A stretch of DNA of 64,000 nt from NCBI GenBank assembly GCA_965153285.1, contig OZ229125.1; one strand, 5' to 3'. Below the pieces are notes generated by a model. The model saw nothing but the letters and a program-made list of their open reading frames with translations, made no database searches and had not been told where the DNA came from. Source of the DNA: Podarcis tiliguerta. Lineage: Eukaryota. Position 1 is the stretch's first letter. Every line of letters begins with the position of its first letter. Shown one piece after another: positions 54,057 to 64,000 of the stretch. Made by a program: the position numbers and the translations under genes.

Positions 54057-56661
54057 CTTATATCAGAACTATAATGCAATAATCTCTAATTCCTTCTGTT
54101 GCTCATAGTTCAAATCCTGCTCACACAAATTCATCATTTCTTTAAGTAGTCCGAAAACAGCTTCTATCCTTCCCTGAAGCAATCATTGTTAAGTTCACTT
54201 ATTTTAACTGTTAGCTTTGCTGATTCAGCATAGTCCATCACTTGAGTAAAACCTTATCCTGGCTTAATGTAAATGCACGGGCTCTCCGAGGGGAGAATGC
54301 AACCATTTTGCTCCTCCTCCCTATACTCTGCTGCTGTGGTGCACTAAGCTTAGGATATCTTCCAAACCCTGGCTCAATGTTTAGCTCTGCTTCACAAATC
54401 ATGGGTTGTATGCCATTGTTACAAACCTTGGTTTCAGCTTGTGGTTGATCTGGAGGGAGTTAAACCCTGAGCCCATGTTTAGGTGACATGGTGTATGTAG
54501 CACAGTAGCAGTATGACAGGAAGAGGAGCAAAGCAGCCACAAACCCTCCTGGAGCCTGGATGCTTACATGTAAATGCTAAACCATGGTTTGGCATAGCAT
54601 GATGGGCAAACTAGGCTAATTGGTTGAATGATAAGAATAGTGCACTGGTTTTTGAGCACATGACCTGTATTTATAAACCCTTCCTAGAACTTTAGCTTGG
54701 TGACAGACAGCGCTAAAGCTGAGTAGCTGCTGCAAGAAACTAGTCCTTTTAAGCCTCAGCTCTGATGGGCCCCTGTGTGTGAGTATTGATATTAACGGAA
54801 GGTCCCCCTTCTCCATTTTAATAGATGTCTTGAGTACCTTCTGTGCTATTCACTGTTGGATGACTCCACCTTCAGTGTGTTCCTTTCCTTTCCCACATTC
54901 AAATATCTGCTTTAATTGGACTTAATGTGAGCTTTTAATTTGCCACATGGTGGACTTTCGTAAATTGGTGATTTAAATTACCCTCACCCCCCCAGGTTTA
55001 AATGAAGTTTTCTATTTGTTAATTAATATATTTCCTGAAGAGGTGTGTGCGCTAAGTGGTTGTTGTAACAATTAACAAATATCGGTCTGAAACTAAGTAG
55101 AACATTTTTACTATCTAGGAGTAAATCCATGTCTTCTGGCCATGCAGCTTGCATCCTTTTGCTCTAAAGGATTATATCTGCCTAGCGAGACAAAGGAGTC
55201 AATTGTGAAATAATGAATTTCTGTTTGACTGTTTCTGTACAGACACTTTAAGCAGGATCACTTAATTCAAGATGAGGGCCATAGTCCAGCAGAGTTAAAT
55301 GTGCTTAAGCATTGCCTACCTAATAGCAAAGGGCTAGTAATTATTGTTTGCACTTTTTTTCTAATGAAAAGGAATGCACATGTCCAAGCTCTTCGCAATT
55401 TTAAATATTCTGAATTTGCTACAAAATGCCAGATTGTTTTCAAAACGAGATGTTCAATATAATTGATGCAATGGGATTTCTTTTACCTCTTCGCTTACCT
55501 TTTTTGCTGTAGAATATAAAGTTCAGCAGCTGTTAGTCCTCGAGGCTCCTATATGAATAAAACTGTTTACAGAGCTGAATGCCTTGCTTTGCTGGATAGT
55601 GGGATGTCAGCAATGTGTCTGGTGCTGTACAAACTGCAAAACATTTTTAAAAGTTGTTGCCTGAAAACCATTCATAGTTGATAAGTTTACAAATGGGGTT
55701 GAATAAACAGGGAAGCAAGGAAGAGAGAGAGAGAGAGAAATTAAAAGTATATTTAAAATGGCAAGGAATGCTTCTGAAATGATTGAATACGTTTGCGGGG
55801 GTTGGGGGGGAGGAATTTATAGAACAGCTAGAAGGAAAAAGGTTTTCAGAAGAGTATTGAAACTAGAAGTGGAGGATGCATTGTACATTGCCTCGAGCTG
55901 CTCAAAGGAAAGGCAGGCTAAAAATGTAGCATGTAAATAAATATTTTCTGCCTTGGGTTCCATGGCAGCACAGAGGTCAGATGTTAATGTAACTAAATAA
56001 ACAAATTAAACTTACAAAGGAAGCCTCAGCAAGAGAACTGGGATATGGAGATGTTTTAAAAATAGGGGCATTCTAGAATGAATAAAAGAGATCAGAGATG
56101 AAGAATGAAGGCTGTAGAAGTGGACAGGCCAGGAAATGAGGGAGGAGACATCCAATTAGCATGCAATTAATTAATTAGCATGTGATTTGCATGAAAGGCT
56201 AGTTGCCAAGCTACAGCTGGAGGACGGATAGTCCTTACTCTATAATCTTCTTACTCCAGAGTTATCCCCAGATTTAAATCCTTAAACTCAGTGGCCTTAA
56301 AAACATCAAATGATCTTAAATAATGACACTTGAGGAGGAAAACACTTAATTAATTTGAGCTGCGTCTTCTTTACTATCACATTTTTAAATCTCTCTGCTT
56401 TCCACAGCTGAGAGGACAACATGCTCTGACAGTCTCAATGCTGCACAGAGTACTTTGAGGTCCTTAACAGAACATTCTTTGGCCAGGTCTGCAAGGTTTA
56501 GGAGCCAATTTTAAATTGAATTGACAACAATATATATACATTTGGCCAGAATTAAAACATGCTTCTTCCCCACAGTCCCCCAGCCAAAATACTTCTAATT
56601 TGTGTGTGTGTTTATGAGCTGTGTATAGTAAGAAGCTACTTATTAGGGCAACATTTTGATT

Positions 56662-56662
<1 letters not shown>

Positions 56663-56708
<46 letters not shown>
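56663..56708. repeat. (ATT)n microsatellite
   Basis: Read directly from the sequence. Confidence 0.95.
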
Positions 56709-56885
56709 CCACCCTTCACCCGTAGATCCCAGGGCAATTCACAGTTCCTGGAAAGTAAGCCCCATTGAATATTGGGGCTGACTTCAGAGTAAATTTGTTT
56801 AGGCTATTGCAATGTGTGCTGGGGCCTGAGGTGAGGCTGTATGCTGATCTGTCTTTTTGTTTTCTTTCCCCCCTTGTTTTATCAG

Positions 56886-57077
56886 TGCTGATAAGCCCTT
56901 ATGGCTTAAGTGGTACATTAACGGGCCAAGCGTACAAGATGTCAGACCCAGCAACCCGGAAGCTAATTGAGGAGTGGCAGTATTTTTACCCAATGGTGTT
57001 GAAGAAGAAAGAGAACTTGAAAGAGGAAGAACTGGGATACGATGACGATTTTCCGGTGGCAGTAGAAGTCATAGTTG
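56886..57077 (+). CDS. MED13L: MED13L coding exon (~exon 6), 192 nt, phase 1-1: [63 protein letters not shown](G)
   Basis: Acceptor tttctttccccccttgttttatcag|, donor ttg|gtaatg. Lies within track ORF 56765..57166. Confidence 0.96.
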
Positions 57078-57450
57078 GTAATGTTCAATATTTTGCTCAT
57101 ACAGCTTTTCCCCTCCTGCGACCGCCATTCAAAAAGTTAAAAAACGTACCCCTGTTCAATATGTAGCAGTCTTTACTGTGGATCTGTTAATACTAAAGAA
57201 TTTTGGAGACACTACTTGGCCTTAAGATTTGGTAGCTGCTTTGTCTTCTAGCTCACGATGATCTCAGACTATTGATCCCTGCTGCCTATTAGTTACAAAT
57301 GTGACCGTTTCAAAAAGATGATGTTTATGAATAATGGATTTTGGCTGTGTAGTTAAAATTTGTGTACCAAAGCAGAAACAATTTCACTAAATCGGAGACG
57401 TTTAAAAACATTCATAGCCTACTCTTGTCGCTTCACTCCTGCCTTAACAG

Positions 57451-57639
57451 GTGGCGTCCGAATGGTATATCCTTCAGCTTTCGTTCTTATCTCGCAAAAT
57501 GATATTCCTGTGTCACAGAACACTTCCACGCTAGGAGCCCACAACAGCATGACACAGCAGGGAGCTGGCAACGTGAAAGATCCCAGCAGTTGTGGAATGT
57601 TACTCACACCACCCACCTCTCCAGAGCAGACCGTCATAG
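57451..57639 (+). CDS. MED13L: MED13L coding exon (~exon 7), 189 nt, phase 1-1: [20 protein letters not shown]...[21 protein letters not shown](G); contains the Fbw7 phosphodegron
   Basis: Acceptor cttcactcctgccttaacag|, donor tag|gtaagc. Lies within track ORF 57360..57758. Confidence 0.96.
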
Positions 57640-58454
57640 GTAAGCGAGGAAGCCACCTTACAGTTCTTTTAAAACCTTTATGTGTATTCTGCCTGTCTAG
57701 AAGAAGAACTGAAGCTCCTTGCCGATGTCAGTGGTCGTTCTGGCAGTCTTCACCTTAATAAAGACCAGGCTCTCCTCAGAAGTATTCTTCCTGCCCACAT
57801 CAGATCCAGGATTCATAGCAGGTGACAGGGCCCAGACCAGGACAGCAGGGCAGCACCTGCCACACAGTTTTTCCCTTGTACACCTTATCTAGATGGCAGC
57901 TGGATTCCTCGTAGGAGGGTGCTGGATAGAGGTACCCTGCTTCCTTGCCAATATCAGTGCTGGTTCTGGCTGTCTTGCCCTCCTTGGAAACTCTCCCTCC
58001 CTGCCCCAGCCAAGTCACTTTCAGGAGCAGAGCAGGAGGCAGTGCCCTGGCTAGGAGGACAGCACAGCTCTTACCACACAGTTCTTTCCCTGAGACAGCT
58101 CATGCTCAGTTCATATAAAAAGTGATTTAAAGTGGAGGGAGAGCTTGTCGGATCTTTCCTCTGTCTGCTATGTTTTGTGTTCATCCCCTCCTGCTATCTG
58201 TATTTCCCCTGGTGGGACTTTCTTCTAGCCCTTGGGGCAAACTAGATGTGACACATCAACAGTAGTTGCAATGAACACATCTCATTTTTAAATTTTAAAC
58301 AGCTGTAGAGACGCCAACCAAGTTTGGGACCACCAGTGAACAGAAGCATCACTTATAGTGTGAATAGCAGACTTTGGTGGGGGGCTGTCATTGGGACTGG
58401 GGTGGGAGGAGGTTTTCTAACACCATCAACACCACTGCACTCCCAGTACTGGGG

Positions 58455-58625
58455 AATACTATAGCTCAGTGATGGAGAACATACTTTGCATGCAAAAGGT
58501 TCTGGTGTCAGCCCCTGGTATATCCAGGTTGTGATAGAAAAGACCCTCATCTGAAACTGGGAGAACTGGGCCTGTCCATGTAGATAATGTGAAACTAGAT
58601 GGAGCAAAGGCTTGATTAAGTGTAA
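58455..58625 (+). mobile_element. Degenerate Squam3-like SINE
   Basis: tatagctcagtg...tttgcatgcaaaaggttc...ccctggtatatccagg...aactagatgga. Confidence 0.6.
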
Positions 58626-59606
58626 TTGCTTAGGTGGACAAGGTGCAAGTCAAATGTAGCAAGCAGTAGAAGAATTCAGCATCTTGTTCCTGTATCTACT
58701 TGAAGTTTCCTCCCCTCCCCTAAGCAGAGTTTGGCACTGACTTGCATTTGAATACATAGGTCTGTTACTACCATGCATAGTTACACATACCATGCATAGT
58801 TACACCTTCAGTAAAATTAATATTTTCAAAACACATGCTTCTTAATGCATAGTGATGGAGCAAAATTTTGAGGAGCGCTATAAAATCTGAGCTCTGCAGC
58901 TTTCAGGAAACAGAAAGAGTTCCAGTCAGAGTCATAAAAATGTTGTCTTTATGTGTTAGTGAAACCTCAATCTAATATCCTCTGCTGTTCCTTGATGGTT
59001 GTTAAAGTGGCTAAATCAATGAAAGTACTTAACTTACTTTGGGTAAAGGCAGGGCATGTCCTTCAGCACTACACAGGTATATCCGGTTGTAATAATTTCC
59101 TTTCCTGCATGGCTGCCAATGTCCAAGGACATAAGCTGGTTCTAGCATTGGGCACACACTGTAGGCAGATCTGCTTTGTGTTGATGCAATTAATTATAGC
59201 GAGTACTACTCTTCTCCCTGAAAAAGCTATGTGAGAAGGCTTTAAGAAAGAACAACTTTAGCAATTAATTATATTACGGATGCTGTTGGACTATAACTGC
59301 CAACGCTTCTCTCTCTGGGGGTGGGGTGGGGGTGGCAACATATGGCGTACCACCACCCTGTACATGCCTCATGATATAGCTAGTATATATATATAGGACT
59401 TGGGGGAAGCGATAGGGATAACAGACAAAAGCCAACCCTTAAGAAAGACTCAGTCAAACAAACTGCACCAAGAATAAATCAAAAGGGCTAAATGGATGGG
59501 ACCTTTGAGAAGGAATGAGAGGTAGATACAAGAATACAAGAGAAAGAAACTGATTTTAGAATATAAGCAAAAAGCTTTCAACTCCATCACAAATAACTCT
59601 TTAGAT

Positions 59607-60162
59607 CGGGGTGGTCCAACCTCTCACGCCAAGTGAGCTGCAAGAGCATTTCAACACACAGCCCACGGGCCACACTCTGAACGATATTTCCACATCGTAA
59701 ATTAAAGTGTTTGCAATATATTCAATATTTTTAAAAATAAACACAATATATTTAATGAAATATATATAGTTAAATACACAATAGATTTAATATATTTAGT
59801 AAGCAAAGTCAAGGTGAAAGCACAGGAGAGAACAGTGCTCAAATCCTGGCTTGCGGGTTTCACATTGAGAACAGGATACTGGAGTAGATTGGACAGGCTC
59901 TTCTTGTCATGGAGCATAGAAGCATAGAATTGTAGAGATGGAAGGGACCATGAGGGTCATATAGTCCACCTCCCCGAAATCTGGGAAAGGAGGTGGAAGG
60001 ATTCTAGGACCATGCCATAACCCTCATGCCTCCTTCCTGAAGCCGGGTCACACTGCCATCGCTGCTGCATCAGGAGCCACTTCCACTCCCTGCTCTTCCA
60101 GGGGCCACCTCGAGGCCTCGAGGGCCACTTGTGGCTCACAGGCTGCATGTTGGACCACCCTG
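59607..60162. mobile_element. hAT-like non-autonomous element containing a CR1 3'-end fragment
   Basis: TIRs cggggtggtccaac and gttggaccaccctg match 13/14. 8-bp flanks ctttagat and ccgtagtt. CR1 tail catagaattgtagagatggaagggacc at ~59915-59970. Confidence 0.7.
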
Positions 60163-60403
60163 CCGTAGTTGTTACTGCACAGAAGAGACAGAACGAGCAG
60201 AGAGTGATGAATAGAGGAAAGCATCCCGTCTCCAAAGCACTTCCTCTTATTGGAAGATAGACCTATCAGTCACAAAAGAGCTCTCCCTCTCCCCACCTTG
60301 GTGTTTTCCTTATATGGGAAGCTTGAGGAGAAAGGTTTCACTTCTGGCAGACACACGGTCTGCACTGTTTTTTTCCCCATTGTCAGAATTGCTTCAGAGG
60401 TCC

Positions 60404-60405
<2 letters not shown>

Positions 60406-60464
<59 letters not shown>
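60406..60464. repeat. (CT)n(GT)n compound microsatellite
   Basis: Read directly from the sequence. Confidence 0.95.
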
Positions 60465-62075
60465 TTGGAGAGGGCTTTCAGAATCAAACTCAATTTGGCT
60501 CACGTCTTAGGATTTGTCTAAATTTCTAGGCACACTCCTACTGATGCCTTTGAGAATGTGGCCGTCAATGAATGCAGTGCATCAGGTCTATGAAAATCCC
60601 AGAAATGTGTTGCTAGCTGGTGCCTGTTTCTTCATTCTTGTGCAGGATAGTGTTTGCATGCCGCCACCCAGGACTTGGATCCTGTGAAGGCTTGCATCAT
60701 TGTGGCATTATTGAAAGCATCACAACTGCACGCAGATGCTTGCTCCACATGTCAGCCAGCATTTGCGGATCAGAAACGTAGACTTGGGATGGGGAAGTGT
60801 CCCTTGAGAGACCTTGGCTGCTGACAGCAACGTAGTAAGAACCAAATGAGAGAGCAGGATGCCATTGTACAACCTGGTTTGCAAACACTTGTAGCCGCTG
60901 GAAAGAACAGAAAACACAAAACCCTGGCACAGACGTCCTTTTACAGCAGGGGCAGGCGTGGTTGCCTTTTCGCCTTCTGATGTAGCAGTGCTTTGGCTGC
61001 TTTCAGTGTTTTATTCATAAGGCTTTTTCTGGCCATGCCAGACATAAGAACAAGGAGTTCTGTAAACATGTTTGACCTTGTTGAGGATTTGTACTATTAC
61101 CTCCTTTTTCAGTTCAAGCACATAGTGTGTGACATGCAGTTAGGAAGGCTAAGCAAGCTAAAAGCTCCCTCTGCTGTTCCAGTTCATGCTTAGAGTGCTG
61201 CCGCTCATCCAATTGGTCTAAAGATATCATTCATAACAGAGAACAGAAGCCGTTGCTGGTGCCATTCATAAGCAGTTTTACTGCCTTGGCGTGGGCGTGG
61301 GGGGAGGACACATTGCCAGTCCCGAATGACTGTGCATGACATCAGCTCAACCTCTGCAGTAATTTCAGAATGAACTTGATTCAGATTAAAGATCAAACTG
61401 TGTTTTGCCATAATATGAGCAAGCCTTGGATTTCCACGTTTCTTCCTCCGTTTATGGCTCCCTCCTCTGACTTCCTTGTTTTGCAAATGGAAAAACAATC
61501 AAACCATGATTCCAAATTCTGGGTTGCAAACATACCATGGTTTGTGCAGATCATAGTTTCCCCACTTCAAGTGTAACAGCAAAAAAGGAACTGCATGAGG
61601 GAACTGGAGTTCACAAAGCAGTTATAGGAGCTCTGAGGCCTGTTCATGTAACATTAAATCATAGTTTGGTGTTGGTGTCCAAACCAATTCATAGTCCGAT
61701 AATAAATGTGGCAACTGGTAATAAATGTAAGGTTTAAGATGTCACCCAAATGAAAGGCTGGTTTTGGACATAATATTTGACCCATATTCTCCCTCCCCCT
61801 CCTTATGCACTGACTTTAACATGGATATTCTTATTTGGTTAAGCCAGAATTCACCATATTAGGCATGATGGGGAACTCTGGTCCAAACAAACCAAGATCT
61901 CCATGCCAGAGCTGGTGTTATGAGCTGAAGAAGTTGGAGCAAAGTGTATGTGAGCCTGACTCATTTATGGTTTATGAAGCCATCTGATCTGGCTTGAATT
62001 TTCACTCTAATCCTACATTTTTTGGCCCTCAAAGAACATCATTTCCAGGAATTAACTCTTGTACCTTTTGCTATA

Positions 62076-62290
62076 CAGTGGTGCTGTTCGCACCCTGAAA
62101 AGTCCGCAACTAGAGCGGCGCTTCTGTCTAGTGCGGAGCACGATAGAGTGCTTTTGCGCATGTGCGAGGCGCACAGAACGCTTCTGCACACACATGCACG
62201 GCAAAACCCGGAAGTATACACTTCTGAGTTTGCCGTGTTCGCAAGCCAAAAAGACACAACATGAACCTAATGCAACATGAGGTATGACTG
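62076..62290. mobile_element. Tc1/mariner (Tigger-like) MITE, same family as 14615-14799, opposite orientation
   Basis: TA flanks at 62074-75 and 62291-92. Matches the reverse complement of the 14615 copy (gcaagcc.aaaagacacaacatgaacctaa.gcaaca.gaggtat.actg). Confidence 0.85.
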
Positions 62291-62320
62291 TATCCTATGT
62301 TATTGTTGTTTATCTTGCAG

Positions 62321-62483
62321 GTGAAAGTGGAGGCATTCCAAGCACAGTCAGCCATTCAGCAGCACCAGACGGTATGGTCACTGTGCAAAGTCCAAAGAAA
62401 TCAGGGAAGATTCCTCCAAAATTCCAGAATCGTATGGTCCGCCGAGTTTGGAAGGAATGTATCCTCAACAGGACACAGTCCAA
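62321..62483 (+). CDS. MED13L: MED13L coding exon (~exon 8), 163 nt, phase 1-2: [53 protein letters not shown](K)
   Basis: Acceptor ttgttgtttatcttgcag|, donor caa|gtaaga. Lies within track ORF 62284..62487. Confidence 0.94.
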
Positions 62484-63479
62484 GTAAGATAATAATCACA
62501 CTTGTTTTCCTCTGTTTAGACTTGCAGTTGGCATCCATTTCTAACAGTTATCAGGGTGGTGTTTGCCCCCCTCCCATAGATAACATTCTTCTCATTTGCA
62601 TTTTAATATGCCATGTAGAAGCGTTGTCTGTCTTGTTGTTGTGAAGGTTAGTGGCTGGCTCAGTAGCGGACCTGAGTCAAAATAACCTGTGCTGGTGGAG
62701 GGCTTGCACAGAGTGTAGGAAGAAAGTCTACCTAGGCTTTAGTCAGATAAGCTCAGGGATTGCACAGCTCTCTTCCCTTGAAGGTTCAGGAGATTCCTCA
62801 AGTTGTGTCATGTGTAAAGAACATGGCATCATAAACTGTGGCCTTAACTCTGAGTTGAAACCTGAGGTACTACAAAAGAACTGTGAGTCAAACAAAATTT
62901 AAGAACATCCATATCTGGAAGTGTGGGAGATTGAATCTGCATCCTTCTGCATGCAAAGGACATATTCTGTCAGTGAACTATGTATGGTTCTCTACCCTAA
63001 GGAAGAGCTCTTGCCTCAGCCATATATATATAAAAGAAAAATGGGGATGTGTGCTTTATTAAGGTGCAATAATAATTATAGGGGAAATGGAGCATGGTTT
63101 GCTTTTAATTTATTTCCATTTAATAATTTATTAATCTTAAATAAGGCATCCAATTACTGATTGACTTTGTAGAATGAAGTATGGAGCTCTGTACTACTTT
63201 GGCAGCTTCGTGTTGCAACCCAGAGTTAAGGTTATTGTGTAGTTCAGAAAATGGGCCAGTGGAGGCTTGTCACAACCACTGCTGGGTGTCTTCTGAGAGA
63301 AAGCTGCCACTTGACACTTAAAGGTATCTGTGTATGGTTGCTGTCAACACTTAGTCCTTTAAGGTTTTCACTACGTATTTCTAAAGGTTTTGGATTCCTA
63401 GTTTTAATTTCTGTACCTCCCACTTTGGTTGTTTTGTCAGATATATTTGGTTTGGGCCCTAGCTTCTGGAGCACGAGAA

Positions 63480-63938
63480 AACAAGCTTGTTCCATCTTTC
63501 ATGTGACAGCCCTTTCAATATTTGAAAATGCCTATCATCTCTCCTCTCAGTCTCTACATTTCCAGGCTAAACATACCCAGTTCCCTCAACTCTTCCTCAT
63601 AAGCCTTGATTTCCATTTTGGTCTCCCACCTCTGCACACATTCTGGCTTGTCAATGTCCTTTTTAAATTGTGGTGTCCAGAATTGGACACAGTATTCCAG
63701 GTGTGGTCTGACCAAGGCAGAATATAGTGGTACTATTACTTCCCTTGACCTGGAAGCTATACTTCTATTGATGTAGCCTAGAATAGCATTAGCTTTTTTT
63801 GCTGCTGCATCACACTGTAGACTCATGTTCAGCTTGTGGTCCACTAACATCCCTAGATCCTTTTCACATGTACTGCTAGTAAATCAGATGCCCCCCATTT
63901 TACATTTGTGCATGTGGTTCTTCCTGCCTAAGTGCAGA
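63480..63938 (-). mobile_element. CR1 LINE ORF2 C-terminal fragment
   Basis: Track ORF 63554..63850 reads [57 protein letters not shown], the hallmark CR1 sequence. Confidence 0.93.
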
Positions 63939-64000
63939 CACTGGCGGAGGAAGAGGTGTGCGGGGGGAGTGCACCGCCCCGGGCAGCGCGATCCCGGTGG
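63939..64000. mobile_element. Start of a CpG-rich element (probable hAT-type) inserted into CR1, cut by the window edge
   Basis: Abrupt switch from CR1 sequence to cactggcggaggaagaggtgtgcggggggagtgcaccgccccggg, a CAGTGGCG-like terminus. Confidence 0.5.

Noticed and set aside
63554-63850. Host gene encoding an RT-like protein
   Set aside because: It is a truncated CR1 ORF2 piece, interrupted by another element and lacking the RT core in this window.

Overview
This is vertebrate (squamate, probably lacertid lizard) genomic DNA lying inside the MED13L gene (Mediator CDK8/kinase-module subunit 13-like) on the + strand. Six internal coding exons, equivalent to human exons ~3-8, sit at 17071-17155, 20384-20467, 53326-53471, 56886-57077, 57451-57639 and 62321-62483. 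All have canonical AG/GT boundaries and splice into one open frame. The other ~98.5% is intron containing Sauria (Squam1) and Squam3-like SINEs, decayed CR1, L2, L1, RTE and Penelope fragments, Tc1/mariner (Tigger-like) and hAT-like MITEs (several nested) and microsatellites. Nearly all ORFs in the supplied track are spurious or TE-derived. I found no prokaryote-type system, CRISPR array or functional RNA gene. The best leads are splicing-level hypotheses plus one protein motif: (1) a candidate PTC-bearing cryptic exon followed by (UG)20 just after exon 4; (2) inverted Sauria SINEs flanking exons 3-4 that could drive back-splicing; (3) a MITE ending in the branch-point zone of exon 8; (4) an Fbw7 degron reading LLTPPTS. 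Comparisons to human MED13L and to repeat families come from recall, not from a database search.
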